The notes beneath the pieces were generated by a model, which saw only the letters and a program-made list of their open reading frames with translations, had not been told where the DNA came from and made no database searches. Below, in pieces: positions 49,618 through 62,454 of a stretch of DNA of 64,000 bases; the stretch's first letter is position 1; each line of letters begins with the position of its first letter. The position numbers were made by a program, and so were the translations under genes. The stretch comes from Hemiscyllium ocellatum (Eukaryota): contig NW_026869186.1 of assembly GCF_020745735.1 (NCBI RefSeq), positions 62,001 through 126,000 on the forward strand, written 5' to 3'.

Positions 49618-51374
49618 GGCAGGAAGAGAGACACAGAGAGGTGCCGGCAGGTAGACAGAGAGACACAGAGAGAGGCAAGCAGGTAGAGAGACACACTGAG
49701 AGAGGCAAGCAGGTAGACAGACAGAATGAGAAGCAGACAGGTAGAGAGACACAGAGAAGGAGAGGAAGGTGGAGAGACACAGAGAGGTGCAGCCAGGTGG
49801 AGAGACACAGAGAGAGAGGCAGGCAGTTAGAGAGACATAGAGAGAGAGGCAAGCAGGTAGAGAGAGACAGAGAGGGAGAGGCAGGTGGAGAGACACAGAG
49901 AGGTGCAGGCAGGTGGAGAGACAAAGAGAGAGAGGCAGGCAGGTAGAGAGACACAGATAGAGAGATGCAGGCTGGAAGAGAGACACAGAGAGGGAGAGGC
50001 AGTCAGACAGGGAGATACAGAGAGAGAGGCAGGCAATGAGATGCAGAGAAAGAGGTGGGCAGGTAGAGAGACACGCAGAGAGAGACAAGCAGGTAGAGAG
50101 ACCCAGAGGCAGAGGCAGGCAGGTAGACAGAGACACAGAGGGTGAGGCAGGCAAATGGAGAGACACAGAGAGGTGCAGGCAAGGAGAGAGAGAGACAGAG
50201 AGGGAGAGGCAGTCAGGCAGGGAGATACACAGAAAGAGAGGCAGGCAGCTACAGAGACCCAGAGAGGGAGAGGCAGGAAGATAGAGAGACAAAGAGACAG
50301 ATGCTGGCAGATAGAGACACTCAGAGAGAGAGAGGCAGAAATGTAAAGAGACATAGAGAGAGAGGCTCGCAGGCAGGTCGAGAGACTGAGAGAGAGAGAG
50401 AGAGACAGAGACGGAGAAACAGATAGGTAGAGATTCACACAGAGGGAGAGGCAGGCAGGTAGACAGAGACAGAGAGGGAGAGGCAGGCAGGTAGAGAGAC
50501 ACAGAGAGGTGCAAGCAAGGAGAGAGACACAGAGCGAAAGGCAGGCAGGTAGAGAGACACTGAGAGGTGCAGGCAGATGGAGAGACAGTCAGAGAGAGAG
50601 AGGCAGTCAGGTAGATCGACATAGAGAGAGGCAGGCAGGTGGAGAGACACCGAGAGAGAGAAGCAGACAGGTAGAGAGATACAGAGAGGTGCACACTGTT
50701 AGAGAGACACAGAGAGAGGCAGGCATGTAGAGAGACACACAAAGAGAGAGGCAGGAAGGGAGATGCAGAGAGAGAGAGACAGGCAGCCACAGAGACTCAG
50801 AGAGGGAGAGACAGGCAGGTAGAGAGAGAGAGACAGAGAGAGACAGAGAAAGAGGGAGAGGCAGGAAGGTAAAGAGACACAGAGAGAGAGAGGCAAGCAG
50901 GTAGAGACCCAGAGACAGAGGCAGGCAGGGTGAGAGACACAGAGAGAGAGAGGCAGGCGGGTAGAGAGACAGAGACAGAGAGATGCAGACATGTAGAGAG
51001 ACACAGAGATGCAGGCATGTAGAGAGACAGAGAGATGCAGGCAGTTAGGGAGACACAGAGAGAGTGAGAGAGGCAAGCAGGAAGATAGACACAGAGAGAG
51101 AGACAGGCAGGTAGAGAGACCCAGAGAGAGAAGCAGGCAGGTAGAGACACAGAGAGAGAGAGAGAGAGAGAGAGAGGTAAGCAGGTAGAGGGACACAGAG
51201 AGAGATGCAGGCAGGGAGGAAGACACAGAAAGATGCAGGCAGTTAGAGAAACAGAGAGAGAGATGCGGAGAGAGGGAGTCTGGTACAGAGACACAGAGAG
51301 ATGCAGGCAGGTACAGAAACAGAGGGAGTTGCAGGCATGTGTAGAGACACAGAGAGCCAGGCAGGTGGAGAGAT

Positions 51375-51419
<45 letters not shown>

Positions 51420-51915
51420 AAGAGAGAGAGAGGCAGGAATGCAGAGAGAGAGAGCGAGACAGGCAAGTAGAGAGAGGCAAAGAGAGAGAGGCAGGCATGT
51501 AGTGAGAAACAGAGAGAGAGACGCAGACAGGTAGTGATACACAGAGAGAGGCACGCAGGTATATAGGCATAGAGAGATATGCAGGCAGGTAGAGAAACAA
51601 AGAGATATGCAGGCACTCGGAGAGACGCAGACAGCCAGGTAGGTTTAGAGACACACAGTAAGAGAGGCAGGAAGGTAGAGAAACACAGGGAGATGCAGGC
51701 AGGCAGACAGACACACAGAGAGGGGCAGGCAGGTAGACAGATGCAGAGAGAGAGAGGCAAGCATTTAGAGAGAGGCAGAGAGGGATGCAGGCAGGGAGAG
51801 GGCCTAAAGAGAGAGAGGCAGGCAGGCAGTGAAAGACAGAGAGGGAGGAAAGCAGGTAGAGAGACACGGAGAGAAAGACTGGCAGGTAGAGACCCCCAGA
51901 GACAGGTGGAGAGAT

Positions 51916-51953
<38 letters not shown>

Positions 51954-52112
51954 TAGCAGGCAGGTAGAGACACAGAGAGGTGCACGCAGGTAGGAGACAG
52001 AGAAAGGCAAGCAGGTCGAGCGACACAGAGGTGCAGTCAGGTGGAGAGACACACAGAGAGAGGCAGTCAGGTAGAGAAACTCAGAGAGGGAGAGGCAGTC
52101 AGGCTGTGGGAT

Positions 52113-52161
<49 letters not shown>

Positions 52162-52883
52162 CAAGCAGCGACAGAGACCCAGAGAGGGAGATGCAGTCAT
52201 GTAGAGAGAGACAGAGAGGGAGTGGCAGGAAGGTAGAGAGACACAGATAAAGAGGCACGCAGGTAGAGAGATACATAGAGTGAGAGGCAGGCAGGTAGAG
52301 AGAGACAGGCAGAGAGAGAGCCAGACAGGTAGACAGAGACAGAGAGGGTGAGGCAGGCAGGTGGAGAGGCACAGAAATGTGCACGCAGGAAGAGAGACAC
52401 ACAGAAAGAAGCAGTCAGGTAGAGAGACACAGAGAGAGTAGCAAGCAAGTAGAGAGAGACAGGGAGAGAGGTAAGCAGATGGAGAGACACAGAGAGAGGC
52501 ATACGCAGGTAGAGTGACACAGAGAGGGAGAGGCAGGCAGATAGAGAGACACACACACCGAGAGGTAAGCAGGCAGAGAGACACAGAGAGAGATTCTGGC
52601 AAGAAGGGAGACACAAAGAGATGCAGGCAGATCGAGAAACAGAGAGGGAGGCAGGCAAGTAGAGAGACACAGAGAGAGAGGCAGGCAGGTAGAGAGAGTC
52701 AGAGATGGAGAGGTAGGCAGGTAGACAGACACAGAGAGGGAGCCAAGCAGGTAGAGTGGCACAGAGTGGGGGTCAGGCAGGTAGGGGGACACAGAGAGAG
52801 AGAGGCAGGGCAGGTAGAGAGGCAGAGAGAGGCAGTCAGGTAGTGAGACAAACAGACAGAGGCAGCCATGTAGATAGACACAG

Positions 52884-52915
<32 letters not shown>

Positions 52916-53704
52916 GAGGCAGGCAGGTAGAGAGACACAGAGAGAGGCATGCAGGAAGATTACAGAGAGAGAGAGGCAAACAGGTAAAGAGACACAAATG
53001 AGAGGTAGGCAGATAGAGAAATACACAGAGAGCCAGTCAGGTAGAGGATAAAAAAGAAAGGCAAGCAGGAAGATATACAGAGAGAGAGAGGCAAGCAGGT
53101 AAAGAGACACAGAGAGAGAGGTAGGCAGGTACAGAGATACAGCGAGAGTCAGTAGCGAGAGAAACACACAGAGAGAGTCAGGCAGGGAGAGAGCCACAGA
53201 GAGAGAGAGAGAGAGAGAGACATGCAGGTAGAGAATCAAAGACAGATCCAGGCATGTGGAGAGACACAAAGAGCCAGGCAGGTAGAGAGATGCAGAGAGA
53301 GAGAGAGAGAGAGAGATGCAGGCATGTAGTGAGACACAGAGAAAGAGAGTCAGGCAAATAGAGAAACACCGAGAGGGTCAGACAGGTAGAGGGACGCAGA
53401 GAGTTAGGTGCAGGCTCGTAGAAAGAAACAGAGATGGAGAGGCAGGCAGATAGGGAGACACAGAGAAAGAGAGAGAGAGAGACGCAGGCAGGTAGAAAGA
53501 CACAGAGAGAGATGTAGGAAGGTAGAGAGACACAGAGAGAGTGAGGTGGACAGGTAGAGAGACAGAGAGAGAGAGAGGCAGGCAGGTAGTGAGACACGGA
53601 GAGAGAGGCAGGCACGTAGTGAGACAGAGAGAGAGAGAGTCAGGCAGATAGTTAGGGAGGCAAACAGAAGTGCAGACAGATAGAGAGACACAGAGAGAGG
53701 GAGG

Positions 53705-53895
53705 CAGAGCTGAAAATGTGTTGCTAGAAAAGCGCAGCAGGTCAGACAACTTCCAAGGAGCAGGAGAATCGACGTTTTGGGCATGAGCCCTTCTTCAGGG
53801 TAGGCTCCTTCTTCTTGGATGCTGCCTGATCTGCTGGGCTTTTCAGCAACAGTTTTTCAGCTCTGATCTCCAGCATCTGCAGTCGTCACCTGCTC
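53705..53895. mobile_element. pLTR palindrome inserted in the GA satellite
   Basis: CAGAGCTGAAAATGTGTTGC... and inverted ...TTTTCAGCTCTGATCTCCAGCATCTGCAG. Confidence 0.85.
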
Positions 53896-55186
53896 CGAGA
53901 GAGAGAGAGAGAGAGGCAGGCATGTGGAGTGAAACAGAGAGATGCATGCAGGTAAGAAACAGAGAGAGAGGCAGCTAGGTAGAGAGATACAGAGAGAGAT
54001 GCAGGCATGTGGAGAGACACTGAGAGAGCCAGGCAGGTAGAGAGAGGCAGATAAAGAGGTAGGCATGTAGAGAGACACAGAAATAGGCAGGCGGGTAGAG
54101 AGACACAGAGAGGGCGGGCAGTTAGATACAGAGACGTGCACTACGGTAGAGGGACACAGAGAGCGGCGGGCAGACAGAGAGATACAGAGTGAGATGCAGA
54201 CGGGTAGAGAGACATAGAGAAGTGCATTAAGGTGCGGAGACACAGAGAGATGCGGGCAGGTAGAGTGTCAGAGAGACAGGAAGGCAGGTAAAAGACACCG
54301 ACAGTGAGAGGCAGGCAGATAGAGAGTCACAGAGAAAGAGAGAGAGAGAGAGAGAGAGAAGCAGGCGTGTAGTGAGACTCAGAGAGAGACAAAGACAGGT
54401 AGGTAGAGAGAAAGAGAGAGGCAGGCAGGTAGAGAGACACACCGAGAGAGAGGCAGGCAGCTAGTGAGACACAGAGAGGTAGATGCAGGCAGGTAGAGAG
54501 AAACAGAGAGGGAGAGGCAGGCAGGTAGGGAGAAACAGAGAGATAGGCAGTCATCTCGAGAGACGAAGAGACAGAGAGAGGCATGCAGGGAGGGAGACTC
54601 AGAGGGAGAGTCAGGCAGATAGAGAGACACAGGGAGGGAGAGGAAGGCAGGTAGAGAGACACAGACAGATGCAGGCAGGTAGACAAACAGAGGAAGTCAG
54701 GCTGGTAGAGAGACAGAGAGATATGGAGGCATGTGGAGCGACACAGAGAGCCAGACAAGTAGACAGGCGCAGAGTGAGAGAGAGGCAGTGTGGTATAGAG
54801 ACACAGGGATACAGGCAGGTAGATAGACATGCAGAGAGAGAGGCAGGCAGTTAGAGAGACACACAGAGAGGTAAGCAGGTAGAGAGACAAAGAGAGAGAT
54901 TCAGGCAGGTAGGGAGACACAGTGAGAGAGTCAGGCAGATAAACAGACAAAGAGAGAGAGGCAAGCAGGTAGAGAGAGACACAAAAAGAGGTAAGCAGGT
55001 ACAGAGACACAGATTTAGGCAGGGAGGGAGACACAGACAGATGCAGGCAGGTTGAGGAGCAGAGACATAGGCAGGCAGATTGAGAGACACAGAGACAGAG
55101 GCAGAGGCAGGTAGGTAGAGAGACAGACAGAGAGAGGCAGGCAAGTAGAGAAACAGAGAGAGAGGCCGGCAGGTAGAGAGATACAG

Positions 55187-55332
55187 NNNNNNNNNNNNNN
55201 NNNNNNNNNNNNNNNNNNNNNNNNNNNNNNNNNNNNNNNNNNNNNNNNNNNNNNNNNNNNNNNNNNNNNNNNNNNNNNNNNNNNNNNNNNNNNNNNNNNN
55301 NNNNNNNNNNNNNNNNNNNNNNNNNNNNNNNN
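55187..55332. other. Assembly gap (146 N)
   Basis: Run of N inside the satellite. Confidence 1.
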
Positions 55333-57300
55333 AGTCACAGAGAGAGAGAGGCTGGCATGTAGACAGAGACAGAGAGGGAGAGGCAGGCAGGTAGACAGAC
55401 ACAGCCAGAGAAGTAGCACGTAAAGAGACCCAGGGAGAGAGGCAGACAGGTAGAGAGACAAATAGAGAGGCAGGCAATTAGAAAGACAGAGAGAGAGAAG
55501 CAAGGAGATATTGAGACACTGATGGAGCCAGGCAGGTAGTGAGACACATAAAGAGGCAGGCAGGTAGAGAGACAGGGAGAGAGAGCTAAGCAGGTAGAGA
55601 GACACACAGAGAGATGGCAGGCAGGTAGAGAGACAGAGAGAGAGAGAGAGGGGCAGGCAGTTAGAGAGACAGAGAGAGAGAGAGAAGCAGGCAGACAGAG
55701 GGACACAGTCAGAGAAGCAACAGGGAGAGAGAGACACAAAGAGGGGGAGGCAGGCATGTAGAGAGACACGGAGACAGAGGTAAGCAGGTAGAAAGACACA
55801 GAGAGAGGCAGGCATGCAGATAAACAGAGAGTGAGAGAGGCAGGCAGGTAGAGAGACACAGAGAGGGAGAGGCAGGCAGGTAGATAGATATACAGAGAGA
55901 GAATTTCAGGCAGGTAGAGGGACACAGAGAGAGAGGCAGTCAGGCAGACAGAGAGAGAGTGAGGCAAGCAGGTAGAGAGACACAGAGGGCGTCAAGCAGG
56001 TAGGGAGACAGAGGCAGAGGGAGAGAGAGAGTCAGGCAGGTAAAGAGACACAGAGAGAGTGAGGCAAGCAGGTACAGAGACACACATAGAGGGACAAGCA
56101 GGTAGAGAAACAGAGAGAGATGCAGGCATGTGGAGAGTCAGGCAGGTAAAGAGACACAGAGAGAGACAGGCAGGTAGAGAGACACGCAGAGAGAGGTAAG
56201 CAGGTACAGAGACAAAGACATTCAGGCAGGGAGGGAGACACAGACAGATGCAGGTAAGTAGAGAAACAGAGAGATACAGGCAAGTAGAGATATACAGAGT
56301 GAGGCAAGCAGGTAGATAGACACAGAGAGAGAGGCAGGTAGATATACAAAGAAAGAGAGAGGCAGGTAGAGGGACCCAGAGAAGTAGATGCAGGCATGTA
56401 GACAGACACAGAGCGATAGGCAGGCAGTTAGAGACACAGAGAGAGGCAGGCTGTTGGGAAACCCAGAGAGAGAGAGAGGCAGGCAGGTAAAGAAGCACAG
56501 AGACAAAGGCAAGCAAGTAGAGAGACAGAGAGAAAGAGAGAGAGAGGCAGACAGGTAGAGAGACACAGAGAGGGAGGTGCAGGCAGATAGGTAGACAGAG
56601 AGAGGGAGAGGTAATGAGGTACAGTGACACTGAGAGAGAAGCAGGAAGGTACCGAAACACAGAAAGGCTGGCAGGAAGAGAGACATGGAGAGTGATGCAG
56701 GCAGGTAGAGGGACGCAGAGAGTGAGGCTGGCAGATACAAAAACCCAGAGAAGCAGGAAGATACAGAAACACAGAGAGAGGGAGGCAAGAAGACAAAGAC
56801 AGAGAGAGACATGCAGGAAGAGAGACACAAAGAGGGGGTATGCAGGTAGAGAGACACAGAGAGAGAGGCAGTCAGATAGAGGGACACAGAGAGAGAGAGG
56901 CAGGTAGGTAGAGAGACACAGAGGGCGAGGTAAGTAGATACAGAGAGAGAGTTAGGAAGTTAAGGAGACATAGGAGAGAGAGGCAGTCATGCTGAGAGAA
57001 ACAGAGATATGTAGGCAGATAGAGAAATGGAGAGAAAGGCAGGCAGGTAGAGAGAAGCAGAGACAGAGACAGGCAGCTACAGAGACACAGAGATGGGGAG
57101 ACAGGTTGGTACAGAGACACAGTGAGAGGGGCAAGCAGGGAGACAGACAGAGAGAGAGAGTCAGGCATATAGAGAGACACAGAGTGGGGCAGTCAGGTAG
57201 AGAAACAGAGAGAGATGCAGGCATGTGGAGAGCCAGGAAAGTAGAGAGAGATGCAGGCATTTAGTGAGACACAGAGAGAGACAGAGGCAAGCACGTAGGG

Positions 57301-57332
<32 letters not shown>

Positions 57333-57634
57333 GAAGGCAGGCACTTAGTGAGACACAGAGAGAGACAGAGGCAAGCAGGTAGAGAGACAGACACAGAGAG
57401 AGAGTCAGGCAGATAGACAGACAGAGAGAGAGAGGCAAGCAGGTAGAGAGACACAGAGCGAGACAGGTAGTCAGGTAGAGATACACCAATAGAGAGGCAG
57501 GCAGCTAGTGAGACACAGAGTTAGATGCAGGCAGGTTGGGAGAAATGGAGAGGGAGAGGCAGTCAGGTAGAGAGATACACAGAGGGGCAGGTAGAGAGAG
57601 ACAGAGAGAGTGGCAGGCAGGTAGAGAGACACAA

Positions 57635-57790
57635 GGATTTCCGTCAAAATCCTTTCAACAGGAATGAAGGGTTTTTGCCAGGAATGTCGATTGTCCTGTT
57701 CCTCAGATGTTGCCTGACCCGTTGTGCTTTTCTAGCACCACTCTAAGCTAGATTCTGATTTCCAGTATCTGCAGTCCTCACTTTTGCCTA
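57635..57790. mobile_element. pLTR right arm bordering the GA satellite
   Basis: TGAAGGGTTTTTGCC...TCTGCAGTCCTCACTTT, inverted relative to 49515-49617. Confidence 0.75.
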
Positions 57791-57799
57791 CTCAATTAA

Positions 57800-59240
57800 C
57801 CCTCCTCTCTACTGTCCACTCCCAAAGGAAAACAGTTTCAATTCTCTCAAACGTTCCTCATTAGACCGTTGCGTCATAACAGGCCACATTCTGGTAAATC
57901 TCCTCTAAGACCTTTACAAAGCGTTCACACCCTTTCACTTTCTTTCACATCCACGTGTTGACTGGAACTTACTGATACGTAAAAAATGCGGACCCACCAG
58001 AGTTTTGCGCACTTGCAATATGACCTCGTGGCTCAGAAACTCTATCCCTCTACAAATAAAGGTGAACTTACGAAATGCCTTCTTGACAACCCTATCAACC
58101 TGGATGAAAGACTTTCACGGATCTATTTATGTGGACACCGAGACCTCGCTGCTCATTTGCCCTCCCAAGGATATCATCATTAACTTTTATATATTAGATA
58201 TTATCTTTATTTTTATTAAACATTCCAAAGTATGTCACCTCATACTGTTCGGCATTACAGTCCATTGCCACATCTCAATCCAGTTCTGTAGATTATTTAT
58301 GTCCCTCTGTAACTGACAAAATCATTCAACGATATTCAAAACTACACCAGCCTTAGCGACATCCGAAAATTTGCTAACACACCATTCTACGCCCTCATCT
58401 CTGTCATTTATGAAAATTACGACCAGCTATGAACTCAAAACAGATTCTTGCCGTAGACCAATAGTAACAGAGGTTCACTATAAACATTTCGCGTCAACTA
58501 TCATGCTCTGTATTGTTTCATCTAAGCAATTACTCATAGATACTGGTAAATCATCCTCAATACCATTCCTGCGAATTTTGTGCAATCACCTAACGTGGGG
58601 AGTTTTATCATAAGCCTTATTGAAACCTATATTAACCATATCTTACTGGATTACATTCATCCACCTATTTGGTCACCATCTCGAAGAACCCAATTAGATT
58701 TTTGAGGCACAACCTACCCTTCACAAAACTGTGCAGAATATCAACTTATTCTTTTCGAGACGATTATAAATCTGATCTCTAACATTTTCAAACACTTTAC
58801 CTACAACCAAAATAAGGCTCACTGGTCTATAATTATCAGTATTGTCCCTACCCTCCTTTTTGAACAAGGGAATAACATTTGCTACCCTCCAATTTTGTGG
58901 CACTAATCTGATAGGCAATAACGACATAAAGGTAATACCTTAAAAGTTCTACAATCTCCTCCGTGACTTCCCCTTGAATATTAGGATAAATGCCAACCGA
59001 CCCAGGGGACGTATATATTTTAAAACTTCGCAGAATTGCTAATTCCTCCTTCTGGCGAACGTCAATGCTGTCTGGTCTCGTCACCTGCGTCGCACAATTA
59101 TCCCTGGCACTGTTGTCTTTTCTTACAGTGTGAATACCGACTAAATATATACATTTTCCGCTCCACCAATTTTCGACTCACTGGACAACTTCCCGCTGCT
59201 CTCCTTGATTGCTCCTCATCGTTCTCTAGTCAATGTATTC
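57800..59240 (-). mobile_element. Degenerate CR1 RT region
   Basis: WRVANVIPLFKKEGRDNTDNYRPVSL (58721-58927). Confidence 0.85.
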
Positions 59241-59267
59241 TTCATGATATAACTCTATTTTGGGACG

Positions 59268-59540
59268 GCCAACAATCAAGATGTCATGCGTTCTTCCTTC
59301 GTAGAGATCCAAATATGTTAGGAATGGCTGACTCTCCTGAAAGAAGAGATGTGACTTTTGCCAGGATAGTGGATCTTTACCAGTTAATGTACAACGTCTG
59401 GCCAAAGAGGCAACACAAAATGAGTGAGACTTTGGAGGGTTTCGTCATAAGAATGAGAACATGAAATGAAGGCATTGTTAGATCAGCTGAAATGATTAAT
59501 TGTCAAGTTAGTTGTTGTTGGAGTCGTTAACGTTCTAAAT
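59268..59540 (+). mobile_element. Gypsy gag fragment
   Basis: KRQHKMSETLEGFVIRMR...EMI...VVVGV resembles gag R.Q..GE...F...LR...EMIRDRLVVG. Confidence 0.4.
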
Positions 59541-59559
59541 ATTGATTGGAAATACTATA

Positions 59560-60940
59560 GTTCGAGTAATTTAGATGGGTCGCCTTTTATACAATGTGTA
59601 CAGGTGGTTTCCAGACACAGGAGTTGGACAAGTCACAAAGTGGCAGGGCCGCATTGGGTTTGGGATGGAGTAATGAACCTGGCCATGAGTTAGATTTGGA
59701 GGTAGATATGGATTTTGTTGATAGTGACCATAATTTAGTGATGTTTACTTAGCTTTAAGAAAGGATAGGTTTAAAACTCAGGGCAGGATTTGTTGCAACT
59801 TGAAAGGCAATTATGATGCAATTAGAAAAGACTTAGGATACATAGGTCGGGGAAGAAAACTCCAGGGGATGGGCACAATCGAAATGAGGAGTTTGTTCCA
59901 GAAGCAACTGCTGCGTGTCCTTGATAAGTATGCACCTGTCAGGTAGAGAGGATGAAGTCCATCGAGGCAGCCCTGATTCACGAAAGAAGTTGAATCACTT
60001 ATCAATGGGAAGAATAAAGCTTACGTTGACAAGAGACATGATGGCTCATTAAGTCCACTTGAAAATTGCAAGTTCGCCAGCAAAGATCAATACAGGGAGA
60101 TAGGAAAGCCCGAACAAGAAATGAGAAGTCATTGGCCAGTAGTATCGAGGAAATACCTAAAGCTTTCTGTTGGTATAAAATGAAGAAAAGAATGACGAGT
60201 GAGAGATTAGGTGTCATCAAGGGAAGCAGTGGGAAGTTGTGGATGGAGTCAGAGAAGATAGGGGAAGCGCTAATTGAATACCTTTCGTCAGTATTCATAC
60301 TGCAAAAAGATAATGTTGTCCGAGGAAATGCTGAGATGTAGGGTCCCAGACGTGACGGGATTGACGTTGGCCAGGATGAGGTGTTCGAAATTCTGAAAAG
60401 TGTGGAAATTAATGAGTCTCCTGGACCTGAGGGGATTTATCCTGATATTCTCTTGGAAGTCATGGAGGAGATTGCACAGCCCTGAGGTGTGAGCTTCATG
60501 TCATCATTTTCGACTGGATAAGTGCCTGACGACTGGAGGATAGCAACTGTTGTCACCTTGTTCAAGAAGGAGAGTAGACGCACCCCTATTAATTATAACC
60601 CAACGAGCCTTACTTACGTTGTGGACAAAGTATTGGAAACAATCTTATAAGAGCATGCATTTGTTATCGTCTAGTTCTGAATATGTTGACTAGAGACAGG
60701 TAATACGGGTTTGTGAAGGATAGGTCGTACTTCACAAGCTTACTGAGTTATTTGAGATGGCGACCAAACAGGCTGATGTGGGTAAAGCGCTTGATGCGCT
60801 GTCTTTGCATTTCAGTAAGGCGATTTATACGGTTTCCCATGGTAGGCTTTTGCATAAAATAGGGAGGCATGGGATTGAGCAGTTGGCTAGCTGAAAGAAG
60901 GTGGTAGTTGATGGGAGATACGGAAACTGGACTTCTATTA
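59560..60940 (+). mobile_element. Degenerate CR1 ORF2
   Basis: SDHN motif, IGEALIEYLSSVF, VPDDWRIATVVTLFKKG, NY.PTSLT. Confidence 0.85.
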
Positions 60941-61560
60941 GTTCAAAGTTTATTGTTTATACTAAAATTTTATTTCAGTATGACCGAGTTTCACCTGCAC
61001 TACGCCGAGCTAGCTTCCAGATGCTATCTTATTCAACTTATCTCATGAATAATGTACAAAACGCCATTGTGCCTCTCTCATTTAATTCCATCACTATGCT
61101 CCAACACAATGTAGCTTAACGTATCAACATCGCTTGGATGCCCCTGGATATTCTGTGATCCCTGGCAGTAGTATCGTCTTCAAAAGGGCAATGTGCATTT
61201 ATTTGAGCTTTCTCCATTTGAACCGCCATGCAGCATTTACCCCGAGCATGACAGATGAGTGGCATGAGCCCGACATATTTTTGACAAAACGTTAGATGAT
61301 TTTGAGGAGGAAGATCATTCTCTTCACATCTGAGGTCATACCACCAAACCAAGCGAGCATTATTCTGAGCTTATCACCCAACTGCTGTGCAGTACCCGTA
61401 GTCTGGCGAAAGCCCAGCATACAGGACATGCCTGAACCACCTTTCCCAGTCTGCCAAGATAAGTACCACCATGTTCTCTCTGCTACCTCACACTCACTGT
61501 ATATCTGTAATAGAACCTATGCCCGAACAAGGCTTATGCTCCAGCACTCAGTTCTGTATG

Positions 61561-61563
<3 letters not shown>

Positions 61564-61600
<37 letters not shown>

Positions 61601-61626
61601 ACTCTCTCTCTCTCTTTCCCTCTCTA
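61564..61626. repeat. (CT)n microsatellite
   Basis: Direct sequence. Confidence 0.95.
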
Positions 61627-62454
61627 CCTCTGTTTCTGGCAATCACCTACATTATATCCCTACAGAAATAAAACCACAAAGATTCAACTCCGTCAACTGC
61701 CTCCGTGCAGACCAGTCATCATTTCCCCCACCTATTTCAGCACGAACAACAGAGTCACCCACTCTTATCCTCAGTCACGATTTCCCTCTCTATCTTATTA
61801 CAGAAATGTCAAGCCAATTGATAAAGTGTACAACAATCGTTTCGTCTGTACCGCAACCTCCATGTGGTTAGCACTGTGCAATTGGGTAAGTGTAGAAAAG
61901 AACAGTAAATATTTAAAGGAATAGCAATCTGAAGTGCCCTAAATTGTAAGGTTGAATATTAATTTAATGTATACTTTGTGTATGCACTTCAGAGTAGAAT
62001 ATATATTTACTCTGAGCGGTGGATTAGAAATCAATGATTGTTTTATGGATGTGATAACTTGGAAAGAAAGTAATATTGACCCGAAGTAATAACGGATTAA
62101 AAGAAATGTGAATTTCTCAATGCTTGTAACAAAATTAAGTTGAATTTCTTTCTGATTATTGGAATGGCAATGAATTGATAATTGTGTTCGAACTCTGGCA
62201 ATTTAAACATTTCGGGAATTTCATATCACTGTGCTGTAATGTTGATTAGACATTTATGAAGATCAGTGAATGGATGATAGATAAACTGAGAATTATAATC
62301 TCGTTGCAGAATCAATCGTTGCATTATAATAAAGCTATAGATCATAACTTACTTTGTAAGATTTTTTCATTCCAATATATAGAATGTTTAAGATTTGAAT
62401 GTAGCCTGCAGTAGTTTTCTCGTCGAAAACACTCATCCATTATTCATTTCACAG

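Larger units (their letters stand above)
49618..57632. repeat. 8-kb purine-rich GA satellite, unit ~30-35 bp (AGGCAGGCAGGTAGAGAGACACAGAGAGAG)
   Basis: Continuous tandem array with embedded (GA)n runs; contains a pLTR palindrome and a gap. Confidence 0.95.

Noticed and set aside
53766-53800. Hammerhead in the satellite-embedded palindrome
   Set aside because: Core GAAA is mutated to AAAA on the minus strand and the second arm has lost its core, so it is not called as a ribozyme.
49350-57746. Many long Leu/Ser/Cys-rich and Arg/Glu-rich ORFs (up to 428 aa)
   Set aside because: Translations of the GA/CT satellite, open in several frames because the repeat rarely contains stops.
61296-61871. 191-aa ORF
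   Set aside because: Runs through a (CT)n microsatellite and has no recognisable domain.
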